A stretch of 64,000 nt of DNA from Actinomycetota bacterium. Its GTDB lineage: Bacteria > Actinomycetota > UBA4738 > HRBIN12. Location: the NCBI GenBank assembly GCA_041287635.1, contig JBGGNG010000047.1:4501-68500 (forward strand), written 5' to 3'. A program made the translations under genes and the position numbers. The notes under the pieces were generated by a model. The model ran no database searches, was not told where the DNA came from, and saw nothing but the letters and a program-made list of their open reading frames with translations. This document shows positions 1 to 10,359 of this stretch, piece by piece; position 1 is the first letter of the stretch; each line of letters opens with the position of its first letter.

Positions 1-1678
1 GAAGTTCCTGGAGGAGGAGGTCGGCCTGCTCCGCCGTCGGCTGACGAACGCCCCCCGCCAGGTCACCGTGCTCGAGGAGAAGCTCGTCGAGGCGCGCCAG
101 CAGCTCGAACGCGCCGTGGGACAGAACCAGAAGCTCGCCGACGCACTGCGCGCCGAGCGCGACAAGATCGAAGCCCTCGCCGAGGAGGTCGAGAAGCTCT
201 CGCAGCCGCCCGCTTCGTTCGGCGTCTACCTCGCGAGCAACGACGACGGTTCGATCGACGTGGTCACGGCCGGTCGCAAGATGCGCGTGATGCCCGCGCC
301 CGACATCGACGAGCGCGCGTTCCGCCCCGGCGCCCAGGTGGTGCTGAACGAATCCCTCAACGTCGTCGAGGTGCTCGACCCCGATCGTGCCGGCGAGGTC
401 GTGAAGGTCAAGGACCGCCTGGGCGACGACCGTGTGATCGTGATCGGCCGGGGCGACGAGGAGTACGTGGCGCACCTCGCGGGCGAGCTCCTCACCACCC
501 ACGTGCGTGCGGGCGACAACGTGCTGTTCGACGGCCGTGCCGGTGTGGCGACCGAGCTGCTCCCGAAGGAAGAGGTCGAGGAGCTCGTGCTCGAGGAGAT
601 CCCCGACGTCAGCTACGAGGACATCGGCGGACTCGAGGGCCAGATCGATTCGATCCGCGACGCGGTCGAGCTGCCCTTCCTCTACGCGGAGCTGTTCGCC
701 GAGCACGAGCTCGAGGCGCCCAAGGGCGTGCTGCTGTACGGCCCCCCCGGCTGCGGCAAGACGCTGATCGCCAAGGCCGTCGCGAAGTCGCTCGCCGAGA
801 AGGTCGCCGAGCGCACCGGGCGCTCCGACGCCCGCAGCTACTTCCTGAACGTGAAGGGCCCCGAGCTGCTGAACAAGTACGTGGGTGAGACCGAGCGGCA
901 GATCCGCGAGATCTTCATCCGCGCCAAGGAGCGCAGCGAAGAGGGCCTGCCGGTCATCGTCTTCTTCGACGAGATGGATTCGATCTTCCGCACCCGTGGC
1001 ACCGGCATCTCGAGCGACGTGGAATCGACGATCGTGCCGCAGCTGCTCAGCGAGCTCGACGGTGTCGAGACGCTGAAGAACGTCATCGTGATCGGCGCCT
1101 CGAACCGCGAGGACCTGATCGACCCGGCGATCCTGCGGCCGGGCCGGCTCGACGTGAAGATCAAGATCGAGCGTCCGAACCAGCAGCAGGCGTCCGACAT
1201 CATGTCGAAGTACCTGCACCCGGTCGTGCCGATCCACCCCGACGAGGTCGCTCGCTACGGAGGCGATCCGCAGCAGGCCTGCTTCCGCATGATCGAGAAG
1301 ACGGTCGAGCAGATGTACGAGCAGAACGACCGGAACCGCTTCCTCGAGGTCACCTACGCGAGCGGCGACAAGGAGATCCTCTACTTTAAGGACTTCAACT
1401 CGGGCGCGATGATCGAGAACATCGTGCGGCGGGCGAAGAAGGACGCGATCAAGCGCTTCCTGTCGATGGGGGACAAAGGCATCAAGACCGAGGACCTCCT
1501 CACCGCGATCCGCGACGAGTTCAAGGAGAACGAGGACCTCCCGAACACGACGAACCCCGACGACTGGGCGCGCATCTCGGGTAAGAAGGGCGAGCGCATC
1601 GTCTACGTGCGCACGCTGCTCGGGCACGACGGCGACGGCCGCCAGGTGGAGCGCGTGAACGCCGGGCAGTACCTGTAA
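1..1678 (+). CDS. mpa: Proteasome-associated AAA+ ATPase Mpa/ARC, 5' end cut by window edge
   Basis: Frame 2 is open from nt 2 ([14 protein letters not shown]... coiled coil). Walker A GPPGCGKT, Walker [12 protein letters not shown]-terminal proteasome-docking GQYL. Sits upstream of dop-pup-prcBA. Confidence 0.95.
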   Translation, partial: KFLEEEVGLLRRRLTNAPRQVTVLEEKLVEARQQLERAVGQNQKLADALRAERDKIEALAEEVEKLSQPPASFGVYLASNDDGSIDVVTAGRKMRVMPAPDIDERAFRPGAQVVLNESLNVVEVLDPDRAGEVVKVKDRLGDDRVIVIGRGDEEYVAHLAGELLTTHVRAGDNVLFDGRAGVATELLPKEEVEELVLEEIPDVSYEDIGGLEGQIDSIRDAVELPFLYAELFAEHELEAPKGVLLYGPPGCGKTLIAKAVAKSLAEKVAERTGRSDARSYFLNVKGPELLNKYVGETERQIREIFIRAKERSEEGLPVIVFFDEMDSIFRTRGTGISSDVESTIVPQLLSELDGVETLKNVIVIGASNREDLIDPAILRPGRLDVKIKIERPNQQQASDIMSKYLHPVVPIHPDEVARYGGDPQQACFRMIEKTVEQMYEQNDRNRFLEVTYASGDKEILYFKDFNSGAMIENIVRRAKKDAIKRFLSMGDKGIKTEDLLTAIRDEFKENEDLPNTTNPDDWARISGKKGERIVYVRTLLGHDGDGRQVERVNAGQYL

Positions 1679-1687
1679 GGTGGCCGC

Positions 1688-3172
1688 GTGGCCATCCCCA
1701 AGGTCTTCGGGACCGAGACGGAGTACGGCATCGCCGCGGCCGGGGCGCCCGATTTCAACCCCGTGCTGTCCTCCTCGCTGCTGATCTCCACGTACGCCGG
1801 ATCGCTGCGCCGCATCCGGTGGGACTACGAGCAGGAGTCGCCGCTGCGCGACGCTCGCGGGTTCGAACCCGTGCCTGCCCGTGAGGGCAGCGACGAAGAC
1901 CTCGGGCTCGCGAACGTGATCCTGCCGAACGGGGCCCGGTACTACGTCGACCACGCACACCCCGAGTACTCGACGCCGGAGTGCATCACACCGAGGGAAC
2001 TCGTCGTGCACGACAAAGCAGGGGAGCGCATCCTCGAACGCTCGCTGCATGAGGTCGCGCGCTCGATGCCCAGCGCGCCGCCGCTCTCGATCTACAAGAA
2101 CAACTCCGACGGCAAGGGCAACAGTTACGGCACCCACGAGAACTACCTGGTCGATCGCGCAACGCCGTTCGGCGACATCGTTCGGGACCTCACGCCGTTC
2201 TTCGTCACCCGCATCGTCTTCACAGGCGCCGGGAAGGTCGGGGCCGAGGCGCCCTGGGACGAGCGCAGCCGCGCGATCTACCAGCTCACCCAACGAGCCG
2301 ACTTCTTCGAGACCGAGGTGGGGCTCGAGACCACCCTGAAGCGCCCGATCATCAACACCCGGGACGAGCCGCATGCGGACCCCGAGCGGTACCGACGGCT
2401 GCACGTGATCATCGGCGATGCGAACCTCTGCGAGGTCGCCACGTTCCTGAAGATCGGGACCACCGCGATCGTCCTGAAGATGATCGAGGACCGCTTCCTT
2501 CCTGACCTCTCGATCGCGAACCCCGTGCAGTCCTTGCACGAGATCTCACGTGACCTCACATGCACCCACGAGATCGGACTCGTCGACGGCCGGCGCGTGA
2601 ACGCCGTGCAGCTGCAGTGGGAGTACCTCGAGCACGCTCGGAAGTACGTGGAACGCGAGGACGACACCCCCGAGAACCGGGAGGTGCTGGATCGCTGGGA
2701 GGCGGTGCTGTCGGCTCTCGAGACCGATCCGCACACGCTCCATCGCGAGCTCGATTGGGTCGCCAAGCATCGGGTCCTGCAGGCGTACCGCGATCGCGAC
2801 GCCCTCGAGTGGAACGACTCCAAGCTCCGCGCGATCGACCTCCAGTATCACGACGTGCGACGCGACAAGGGCCTCTACTACCGCCTCGAGGCGAGCGACA
2901 AGGTGGAGCGACTCACCACCAACGAGGAGGTCGAGGCCGCCGTGATGGAGCCCCCGATCGACACGAGGGCGTACTTCCGGGGTCGATGCATCGAGAAGTA
3001 TCCCGATGCGATCGCGGCTGCCTCCTGGGACTCCCTGATCGTCGACACCGGTGCGGATGCGTTGCAGCGCATCCCGATGCGTGAACCGCTCCGTGGCACG
3101 AAGGCGCATGTCGAGGATCTGCTCGCCGCCTGCGACGACGCGGCCTCGCTCGTGGCCAAGCTGCAGGGCTGA
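1688..3172 (+). CDS. dop: Pup deamidase/depupylase Dop
   Basis: GTG start. N-terminus KVFGTETEYGI is typical of the Pup-ligase/deamidase family. Paralogous to the ORF at 4999 but longer (494 aa) and directly upstream of pup. Confidence 0.9.
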   Translation: MAIPKVFGTETEYGIAAAGAPDFNPVLSSSLLISTYAGSLRRIRWDYEQESPLRDARGFEPVPAREGSDEDLGLANVILPNGARYYVDHAHPEYSTPECITPRELVVHDKAGERILERSLHEVARSMPSAPPLSIYKNNSDGKGNSYGTHENYLVDRATPFGDIVRDLTPFFVTRIVFTGAGKVGAEAPWDERSRAIYQLTQRADFFETEVGLETTLKRPIINTRDEPHADPERYRRLHVIIGDANLCEVATFLKIGTTAIVLKMIEDRFLPDLSIANPVQSLHEISRDLTCTHEIGLVDGRRVNAVQLQWEYLEHARKYVEREDDTPENREVLDRWEAVLSALETDPHTLHRELDWVAKHRVLQAYRDRDALEWNDSKLRAIDLQYHDVRRDKGLYYRLEASDKVERLTTNEEVEAAVMEPPIDTRAYFRGRCIEKYPDAIAAASWDSLIVDTGADALQRIPMREPLRGTKAHVEDLLAACDDAASLVAKLQG

Positions 3173-3174
3173 CC

Positions 3175-3209
3175 CCGGCCGACGACGACCTGCTTCAGGC
3201 CTCGGCCGG
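3175..3209 (+). other. Stem-loop in the dop-pup intergenic region
   Basis: CCGGCCGA (3175-3182) pairs with TCGGCCGG (3202-3209). 8-bp GC-rich stem, 19-nt loop, 3 nt after the dop stop. Confidence 0.3.
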
Positions 3210-3257
3210 CGGGTCCGAAACCCCCGGTAGGATAGGTCGCACGAAAGGAGCCGTGCC

Positions 3258-3464
3258 GTGCCCCAAGAGCAGGAGCAGAAGAAGGTCCAGCGCAAGGGCG
3301 GCGGTGGCGACGAGAGCGACGCCGACGCCGGCCAGGTGCAGTCGTCGTCTAAGGCTGCCGAGCTCAAAGAGGAGATGGACGACATCCTCGATGAGATCGA
3401 CTCGGTGCTCGAGGAGAACGCCGAGGAGTTCGTGAAGAGCTACGTGCAGAAGGGCGGGGAGTGA
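3258..3464 (+). CDS. pup: Prokaryotic ubiquitin-like protein Pup, C-terminal GGE
   Basis: 68 aa, acidic and disordered. Conserved [25 protein letters not shown] tail. AGGAG about 7 nt upstream of GTG. Stop overlaps the prcB GTG (GTGA). Confidence 0.9.
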   Translation: MPQEQEQKKVQRKGGGGDESDADAGQVQSSSKAAELKEEMDDILDEIDSVLEENAEEFVKSYVQKGGE

Positions 3465-4261
3465 CCGACGGCATCCTGCCCCTGTCGGGCGCGTCGTTCG
3501 GCGCGAACCCGAGCTTCATCGACCTGCTCCGCGACGCACGGCCCGACGCGCTCGCGCACCTCCGGCAGACCGTCACCGCCGAGGCCGTCGCCGGAGTGCC
3601 GCACGGCACGACCGTGCTGGGCCTTATCTACGCCGACGGCGTGCTCGTGGCCGGCGACCGGCGCGCGACCGCCGGCTACACGATCGCCGACGACACGATG
3701 CGCAAGGTCTTCGCGGCCGACGACTACTCGGCGATCGCGATCGCTGGGGCCGCAGGCATGGCCGTCGAGATGGTGCGCCTCTTCCAGCTCGAGCTGGAGC
3801 ATTACGAGAAGCTCACCGGGGACCGACTGTCGTTGGAGGGCAAGGCGAACCGGCTCGCGCAGTTGATCCGGCAGAACTTCCCGCTCGCGATGCAGGGGCT
3901 CGTCGTGGTGCCGCTGTTCGGAGGCTTCGACCACCGACGAGAGGCAGGGCGACTCTTCTACTACGACGCCACCGGCGGACGGTGGGAAGAGGACGACTAC
4001 CAGGCCACAGGATCGGGCAGCCAGCCGGCGAAGAACTCCCTGAAGAAGCGGTGGCGGTCCGACCTCACGCGCGACGAGGCGGTCAAGACCGCCGTCGAGG
4101 CGCTGCTCGATGCATCGGAGGACGACGTCGCGACCGGCGGGCCGAGCGTGTATCGGCGCATCTTCCCGGTCGTCCTCGCCGTGACCGCCACGGGGGCCGA
4201 CGAGGTGCCCGAGTCCGAGGTCGAGTCGGCCGTGAACGCCGTGATCGAGGAGCGGGCCTGA
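3461..4261 (+). CDS. prcB: 20S proteasome beta subunit PrcB with propeptide
   Basis: [23 protein letters not shown] matches the Ntn-hydrolase active-site Thr after a propeptide of about 48 aa. Position between pup and prcA. Confidence 0.93.
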   Translation: MTDGILPLSGASFGANPSFIDLLRDARPDALAHLRQTVTAEAVAGVPHGTTVLGLIYADGVLVAGDRRATAGYTIADDTMRKVFAADDYSAIAIAGAAGMAVEMVRLFQLELEHYEKLTGDRLSLEGKANRLAQLIRQNFPLAMQGLVVVPLFGGFDHRREAGRLFYYDATGGRWEEDDYQATGSGSQPAKNSLKKRWRSDLTRDEAVKTAVEALLDASEDDVATGGPSVYRRIFPVVLAVTATGADEVPESEVESAVNAVIEERA

Positions 4262-4947
4262 TGTCGTTCATGCCCTACGTCGCGCCCGAGCAGATGATGA
4301 AGGACCGTTCGGAGTACGCGCACAAGGGCATCGCTCGCGGCCGGTCGGTGATCGGGGTCGAGTACGCCGACGGGCTGCTGTTCATCGCGGAGAACCCGAG
4401 CGCCACGCTGCACAAGATCAGCGAGATCTACGACCACATCGCATTCGCGGGTGTCGGCAAGTACAGCGAGTTCGAGGATCTGCGCATCGCCGGCATCCGC
4501 CTCGCCGACCTCCGCGGATTCTCCTACGGCCGGGAGGACGTGAAGGCGCGAGACCTGGCCAATGCGTACAGTCAGGCGCTCTCGAACATCTTCACCCAGC
4601 AGATGAAGCCCTACGAGGTCGAGATCCTGGTGGGAGAGGTCGACGGCGACGCCTCGGGCTCGGCGATCTACCACATCCTCTTCGACGGCTCGGTCACCGA
4701 CGAGCACGAGTTCGTCGCGATCGGCGGACACGCCGAGGACTTGATGGAGCTGCTGAAGACCCGATTCACCGCCGGGTGGGATCTCGCCACGGCGGTGAAG
4801 ACCGCGGTCGAGGTGCTCGGCTCACCCGAGAGCCGCACGATCGAGGCCGACGCGATCGAGGCCGGGGTGCTCGACCGCACCCGGTCGCACCGGCGCAAGT
4901 TCCTGCGCCTCGAGGAGCCGGAGATCGCCGGACTCCTGGCCGGCTGA
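4261..4947 (+). CDS. prcA: 20S proteasome alpha subunit PrcA
   Basis: ATG at 4261 ([35 protein letters not shown]) overlaps the prcB stop by 1 nt. The Arg-rich in-frame extension back to 3982 lies inside prcB and was discarded. Confidence 0.9.
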   Translation: MSFMPYVAPEQMMKDRSEYAHKGIARGRSVIGVEYADGLLFIAENPSATLHKISEIYDHIAFAGVGKYSEFEDLRIAGIRLADLRGFSYGREDVKARDLANAYSQALSNIFTQQMKPYEVEILVGEVDGDASGSAIYHILFDGSVTDEHEFVAIGGHAEDLMELLKTRFTAGWDLATAVKTAVEVLGSPESRTIEADAIEAGVLDRTRSHRRKFLRLEEPEIAGLLAG

Positions 4948-4998
4948 GGCCGGACGACCCGTCCTCCCGGCGTTCCCACTGGCCCGACGTAGGCTTTC

Positions 4999-6360
4999 GT
5001 GGTGGACAGGCGCATCTTCGGGCTCGAGAACGAGTACGGCGTCACCTGCACCTTCCGAGGGCAGCGGCGCTTGTCGCCTGACGAGGTCGCGCGGTACCTG
5101 TTCCGCAGGGTGGTGCATTGGGGGCGGTCGTCCAACGTCTTCCTCGAGAACGGGGCCCGGCTCTACTTAGACGTCGGCTCGCATCCCGAGTATGCGACGC
5201 CCGAATGCGACGTCGTCAAGGAGGTCGTGGCGCACGACAAGGCGGGGGAGCGCATCCTCGAGGCGCTGCTCGGAGCGGCGGAGATGCGCCTGCACGAAGA
5301 GGGCATCTCGGGCCAGGTCTACCTGTTCAAGAACAACACCGACTCGGCGGGCAACAGCTACGGCTGCCACGAGAACTACCTCGTCGGGCGCCACGGCGAG
5401 TTCGCCCGCATGGCCGACGTGCTGATCCCATTCTTCGTGACCCGCCAGATCTGGTGCGGGGCGGGCAAGGTGCTGCACGGCCCCCGCGGCGCCCAGTACT
5501 GCATCGCGCAGCGGGCCGAGCACATCTGGGAGGGCGTCTCGAGCGCAACGACCCGGTCGCGTCCGATCATCAACACCCGCGACGAGCCGCACGCCGACGC
5601 GGAGCGGTTCCGGCGCCTGCACGTGATCGTCGGCGACTCGAACATGAGCGAGTGGACGACGTTCATGAAGGTCGGCATCACCGACCTCGTGTTGCGCATG
5701 GTCGAGGGGAACACCGTGATGCGCGACCTCTCGCTCGAGAACCCGATCCGCGCGATCCGCGAGATCAGCCACGACACGTCGTGTACGCGAACCGTCAAGC
5801 TCGCGAACGGTCGGGAGCTCACGGCGATCGAGATGCAGGTCGAGTACTACGAGAAGACGGAGCGGTTCGTGGAGCGACGAGGCGCCGACGAGATCTCGAA
5901 GGTGCTGCTACGCGAGTGGCGCGAGGCGCTCGACGCCCTGATCGACGGTGAGCCCGAGCGGCTCGTCCGCAAGGTCGACTGGGTCACGAAGCGCATGATG
6001 ATCGAGCGGTACATGGCCAAACACGATCTCGCGCTCGCCTCTCCCCGCATCGCGCTGCTCGACCTCAGCTACCACGACGTGAACCGCTCTCGCGGCCTCT
6101 ACTACCTGCTCGAGAAGGCCGGGAAGGTCGAGAGGGTCGTCAGTGACGCCCAGGTGAACCTCGCGATGCGCGAACCCCCGCAAACCACGCGCGCCAAGCT
6201 CCGTGGCGACTTCATCAAGCAGGCGAAGGCGAAGCGCCGCGACTACACCGTCGACTGGGTTCACCTGAAGTTGAACGACCAGGCCCAGCGCACGGTGCTG
6301 TGCAAGGATCCGTTCCGCAGCGTCGACGAACGCGTCGAGCAGCTGATCGCCCACATGTGA
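4999..6360 (+). CDS. pafA: Pup--protein ligase PafA
   Basis: [12 protein letters not shown]-terminus, 453 aa, paralogue of Dop. Conserved [13 protein letters not shown] block is shared with the ORF at 1688. Confidence 0.92.
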   Translation: MVDRRIFGLENEYGVTCTFRGQRRLSPDEVARYLFRRVVHWGRSSNVFLENGARLYLDVGSHPEYATPECDVVKEVVAHDKAGERILEALLGAAEMRLHEEGISGQVYLFKNNTDSAGNSYGCHENYLVGRHGEFARMADVLIPFFVTRQIWCGAGKVLHGPRGAQYCIAQRAEHIWEGVSSATTRSRPIINTRDEPHADAERFRRLHVIVGDSNMSEWTTFMKVGITDLVLRMVEGNTVMRDLSLENPIRAIREISHDTSCTRTVKLANGRELTAIEMQVEYYEKTERFVERRGADEISKVLLREWREALDALIDGEPERLVRKVDWVTKRMMIERYMAKHDLALASPRIALLDLSYHDVNRSRGLYYLLEKAGKVERVVSDAQVNLAMREPPQTTRAKLRGDFIKQAKAKRRDYTVDWVHLKLNDQAQRTVLCKDPFRSVDERVEQLIAHM

Positions 6361-6378
6361 GGCGCTCGGGCTCGAGGC

Positions 6379-7197
6379 TCAGACGGAGCGGCGGATCAGG
6401 TCCTCGATGAACGGGTTCAGCGTCTCGTGGGTGTGGCCGTAGATCGAACCGTGGCCCATGCCGTCGAACAGGTGGTACTCGGCGTTCGCGGCGAGCTCGG
6501 CGAGCTCGAGTCCGTCCTGGGGCGGCGCCTGCACGTCCTCGGTGAACGCGACCACGTGCATCGGCACCTCGCACGCCGGCAGCGCCGCGCGCTGATCGAA
6601 GCGCAGCGACGCGTCCCACTGCGGGATCAAGGACGCCTCGTTCTCGCCGGAGTCCATCCAGGCGAGCAACTGGTCGCGCAGCCTCGGCCACAGCTCCCGG
6701 TCCCCGAGTACCCGGGCCGGGTAGAGCATCGTGGCGTAGTGGGTGGCGCCCATCAGCCCGTCGAGGCGCCCTCCCTCCCTGCGGAACTCGATCTCGGCCT
6801 CCTGGAAGTCCCACCCCCACCCGGTGCACCAGGCTCCCGTCCCCATCACCACCGCGCACCGGACGAGCTCGGGGAAGTCGATGCAGACCTGTTGGGCGAT
6901 CGCAGATCCGAAGGAGAGCCCGACGAGCGCCACGGGTGGTTCGCAGACCGCGCGGATCAGCTCCGCCGCATCGCGGGCGAAGTCCTCGATCGGCCACGGC
7001 ATCGGCCGATCGCACGTCGTGCGACCGATGCCGCGGTTGTCGAACGTCGTGTTGCGGAACGAGCGCTCGAAGTGAGGCATCTGGTACGCGTGCCAGTCGC
7101 TCCCGGGGCTGCCGCCACCGGCCACCCAGACCACGTCGGGCCCCGCACCGTAACGGTCGTAGTGGATCGTCGCATCCGAGCCCTGGAAGGTCGCCAC
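6379..7197 (-). CDS. Alpha/beta-fold hydrolase
   Basis: Nucleophile-elbow-like GLSFG, C-terminal GHGS/His region, about 270 aa, typical of the fold. Confidence 0.75.
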   Translation of the reverse strand: MATFQGSDATIHYDRYGAGPDVVWVAGGGSPGSDWHAYQMPHFERSFRNTTFDNRGIGRTTCDRPMPWPIEDFARDAAELIRAVCEPPVALVGLSFGSAIAQQVCIDFPELVRCAVVMGTGAWCTGWGWDFQEAEIEFRREGGRLDGLMGATHYATMLYPARVLGDRELWPRLRDQLLAWMDSGENEASLIPQWDASLRFDQRAALPACEVPMHVVAFTEDVQAPPQDGLELAELAANAEYHLFDGMGHGSIYGHTHETLNPFIEDLIRRSV

Positions 7198-7212
7198 GGT
7201 GGCCCGCCTCCC

Positions 7213-7590
7213 TCAGGTCCCGGAGAGCAGCGTGGCGACGGTGGCGACGCCCAGCACGAGCCCGGCGCAACCCAGGCCCACGACGACCCAGAACGGGAGG
7301 GGAGCGAACCCTCCGGCAACCAGGTGTCGTTCCACCACCCGCTGCCTGATCGCCCCGTAGACCATCAGGAAGATGCCGAGGAGGCCGTAGCCGACCCCGA
7401 GGACGCGGTAGACACCCTGGTCGGCATCGAGCAGCGCGGGGAGCAGCCGGCCGACCGCCAGGCTCACGGCGATCGCCGCTAGGCCCGAACGCAGCCAGGC
7501 GAGGTACGTGCGCTCCTCAGCGAGGAACGTTCGCCGAGTGGCGTCGATCGCGGGATCAGGCGCTGGGTCCGAGGTCACCACGTGGTGCAT
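7213..7590 (-). CDS. DUF202/YidH-like small membrane protein
   Basis: RTFLAEERTYLAWLRSGLA signature followed by three hydrophobic segments. Confidence 0.7.
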   Translation of the reverse strand: MHHVVTSDPAPDPAIDATRRTFLAEERTYLAWLRSGLAAIAVSLAVGRLLPALLDADQGVYRVLGVGYGLLGIFLMVYGAIRQRVVERHLVAGGFAPLPFWVVVGLGCAGLVLGVATVATLLSGT

Positions 7591-7617
7591 CGTGCCATAC
7601 GTGGTGCCCCCGAGCGC

Positions 7618-8265
7618 TCAACGCCAGTGCCGGTTCCCCGAGGCGATCCTCCCTGCCAGCACCCCGGCTGCCGCTGCTGCCAGCTCGTGGAGCGTCGACG
7701 CGGCAGGATCCCGCTCGTCAAGCCCGGCTCGGGGATCGACCTCGACGACGTGATGAGCGGAGTAGATCCCCGCCTCCATGCCGACCCCTCGCGCCTCCTC
7801 TCGCTGCGGACCGTCGACGGAGGGGATCGCGACGTCGAGGTCCACCCAGCACCCCTCGAGGATGCGCCTCGCCGACGCTCGATCGTCGAAGGGAACCACG
7901 GGGAGCGGGCGACCCCCCAACACGCGCACCACCACGAGGGCCCCGGCCGCCGCCTCGACCGACGTGACGAGCGTCAGGACCTCGGCGCTCTCCGCGGCCT
8001 CGAGCAATCCGGCCCCCAGCCGGTCTCCGGCTCCGACTTGGACGAGAAGGACCGTGGCCGGGCCCGCCCGCGCGGCTCCTGCCCGGACGGTCGGCTCCAG
8101 CCCCTCGGATGTGAGCACGACCACCGGCGTGTTCCGCAACCCGGCCGGGTCGACGTCGCCCGGGTACGGCCCGAGCGGCACGCTCACGGTCCTGGTCTCG
8201 ACCCCGACCGCGACGTCGGCGGTCACCTCGGCGGACCCGTCGGGGAACCTGTGGGTGCGGATCAC
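7618..8265 (-). CDS. Hypothetical protein, 215 aa, family not recognised
   Basis: Long ORF with GC3-rich codon pattern, co-directional with the two preceding minus-strand genes. No motif I can name. Confidence 0.5.
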   Translation of the reverse strand: MIRTHRFPDGSAEVTADVAVGVETRTVSVPLGPYPGDVDPAGLRNTPVVVLTSEGLEPTVRAGAARAGPATVLLVQVGAGDRLGAGLLEAAESAEVLTLVTSVEAAAGALVVVRVLGGRPLPVVPFDDRASARRILEGCWVDLDVAIPSVDGPQREEARGVGMEAGIYSAHHVVEVDPRAGLDERDPAASTLHELAAAAAGVLAGRIASGNRHWR

Positions 8266-8310
8266 GGTGATACCCGGTCGCTCGACATCGCGAGGCTATG
8301 ATGCCCGACG

Positions 8311-9273
8311 ATGACACGCGAGGAACGCATGGAGCCGCTCGAGCGGCTGCTGAACCTCGTCGGCCTGCTCCTCGAGACGGCCACGCCGCTCACGTTCGAG
8401 CAGATCCGGGAGACCCTCGACGCGTACCGTGCCGACAAGGTCGACAGCGCCAAGCGCATGTTCGAACGGGACAAGGATCAGCTGCGCGAGTTCGGCATCC
8501 CGCTCCAGCTCGTCGATACCGACGTCTGGGGCACCGAACAGGGCTACATCATCCCGAAAGACGAGTACTACCTCCCGGAGATCGCGTTCACTCCGCAGGA
8601 GCTCGGCGCGTTGCTGGTGGCGGCGCAGAGCGGCGGGGAGAACACCCGCGCCGAGCAGGCAGCCCGGAAACTGCTCTACGGTGCCGACGGGGGAGTGCTC
8701 GCCGGACTCGCCGGGGGGCCGCTGGCATCCGGCTCTGACGCTCGGAGCGCACTGGTGATCGCCTGCGCCGAAGCAGCCCAGCAACGCCGTCGGGTCAGCT
8801 TCGGTTACCGGACATCACAGGGCCGCGCGAGCCGGCGTGTCATCGACGCCTACGCCATGGTCTTCCGCGGCGGCCATTGGTACCTCGTCGGCCACGACGA
8901 GGATCGGGACGACGTGCGGGCTTTCCGGCTCTCACGCTTCACGAGCGACGTCGACGACGTCGGCGAGGGCGGCACTCCGCCCGAAGGATTCCGCGCAGCC
9001 GACCATGTGCAGGCGGGTCGTTGGGCCGCAGCGACCGAAGACCACGCCGAGATCGCCTTCTCGCCCGACGTGGCCTGGTGGGCGGTCGGATCGTTCGCGG
9101 GCGCGCGGGAGGTCGACGTCGACGCTCAGGGATGGATCGTCGCCGACGTGCCGATGGGGGACCCGGACCTGCTCGCGTCGCTCATCCTGCAATTCGGTCC
9201 CGACGCTGTCGTGCGCTCGCCAGATCCACTGCGTGACGAGGTCGTCCGACGGCTGGAGGCGATCGTTGTCTGA
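8311..9273 (+). CDS. pafB: HTH + WYL domain transcriptional regulator PafB
   Basis: N-terminal wHTH (LERLLNLVGLLLETATPLTFEQI). WYL-type core GGHWYLVGHDEDRDDVRAFRLSRF. First of a tandem pair after pafA. Start could be the Met at 8329. Confidence 0.85.
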   Translation: MTREERMEPLERLLNLVGLLLETATPLTFEQIRETLDAYRADKVDSAKRMFERDKDQLREFGIPLQLVDTDVWGTEQGYIIPKDEYYLPEIAFTPQELGALLVAAQSGGENTRAEQAARKLLYGADGGVLAGLAGGPLASGSDARSALVIACAEAAQQRRRVSFGYRTSQGRASRRVIDAYAMVFRGGHWYLVGHDEDRDDVRAFRLSRFTSDVDDVGEGGTPPEGFRAADHVQAGRWAAATEDHAEIAFSPDVAWWAVGSFAGAREVDVDAQGWIVADVPMGDPDLLASLILQFGPDAVVRSPDPLRDEVVRRLEAIVV

Positions 9274-10237
9274 GGGTCGGCGCGCCAGTCCTTCGAAGAC
9301 CGCGGATCGCCTCGGGCGCATGCTCGTCATCGTGCCGTACCTCGTGCAGCATCCCGGCTCGTCGCTGCACGACGTGGCCACGCTCTACGACGTGAAGTCC
9401 GAGCAGCTCCGGCGCGACCTCGACCTCCTCTTCATGTCAGGCCTCCCCCCGTACGGGCCGGGCGACCTGATCGACGTCGAGGTCGACGAAGACGACCACA
9501 TCTGGATCACGATGGCCGACCACTTCTCTCGTCCCCTTCGTCTGAGCCGCCAGGAGGCGCTCGCGATCATGCTGCGCTCGGCGGAGCTGCTCGCGACGCC
9601 CGACCTGCCGGAGGCTCCTGCCCTCGCGAGCGCGGTGGCGAAGCTCCGGGACGCACTCGGCCCCGATACCGCCGGCACCGACGAGGCCATCGCGACCGCC
9701 GAATCGGGTCGCCCGGCTGAGCATCTCGATGCGCTTCGGCGAGCGGCCGGAGACCACGCGCGGATCACGATCGACTACTTCGCCGGGTCGACCGGCACGT
9801 GGACCACCCGAGAGGTCGAGCCAGAGGAGGTCTTCTCGGCGATGGGCAACTGGTACGTCGCCGCGTGGGACGTCGGTGCCGACGACGAACGGCTGTTCCG
9901 TGCCGATCGCATCCGGGCGGTGACCACCACCGGAGAGCGGTTCGAGCCGAGAGGTCTCGAAGGCGCAGGTCGGGCGCTGTACACACCGACCGGCGAGGAG
10001 GTGCCGGTGCGCCTGCTGCTGGAGCCGGGCGCTCGATGGATCGCCGAGTACTACGTCACCGACGACCCGCTCGAACGCGACGATGGGTCGCTCGAGGTCA
10101 CGCTGCCGTCGGCTCGACTCGACTGGGTGGCCGGCCTCCTGCTCAGGGTCGGACCCGACGCGCGGATCCTCTCACCGCCCGAGTCCGTCGAGGCCCTGGC
10201 GGAGCTCGGTCGGCGTACGCTCGCGCGGTATCGCTGA
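9266..10237 (+). CDS. pafC: HTH + WYL domain transcriptional regulator PafC
   Basis: ADRLGRMLVIVPYLVQHPG HTH, GNWYVAAWDVGADDERLFRADRI WYL core. Start is TTG 9266 (overlapping the pafB stop) or ATG 9320. The ORF extension back to 8837 was rejected. Confidence 0.8.
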   Translation: MSEGRRASPSKTADRLGRMLVIVPYLVQHPGSSLHDVATLYDVKSEQLRRDLDLLFMSGLPPYGPGDLIDVEVDEDDHIWITMADHFSRPLRLSRQEALAIMLRSAELLATPDLPEAPALASAVAKLRDALGPDTAGTDEAIATAESGRPAEHLDALRRAAGDHARITIDYFAGSTGTWTTREVEPEEVFSAMGNWYVAAWDVGADDERLFRADRIRAVTTTGERFEPRGLEGAGRALYTPTGEEVPVRLLLEPGARWIAEYYVTDDPLERDDGSLEVTLPSARLDWVAGLLLRVGPDARILSPPESVEALAELGRRTLARYR

Positions 10238-10359
10238 GCTCGTCCGGGCGGCGCGACGCGGCGCCCGTCGGGGCCCGCGCGATTTACCCCGAGTTGGGTA
10301 CGCCCGACCCCCCATCTGCTCTCAAGACTCGTCAACAGAGGGCCGATAGCTCCCGTGAG

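Noticed and set aside
3982-4260. N-terminal extension of the prcA ORF. Similar long extensions occur at 8837, 9799, 16546, 24762, 35260, 43161, 52759, 54864 and 58984.
   Set aside because: The extensions overlap the preceding well-supported gene, are Arg/Pro/Gly-rich, and have internal starts that give canonical N-termini and 1-4 nt gene junctions.
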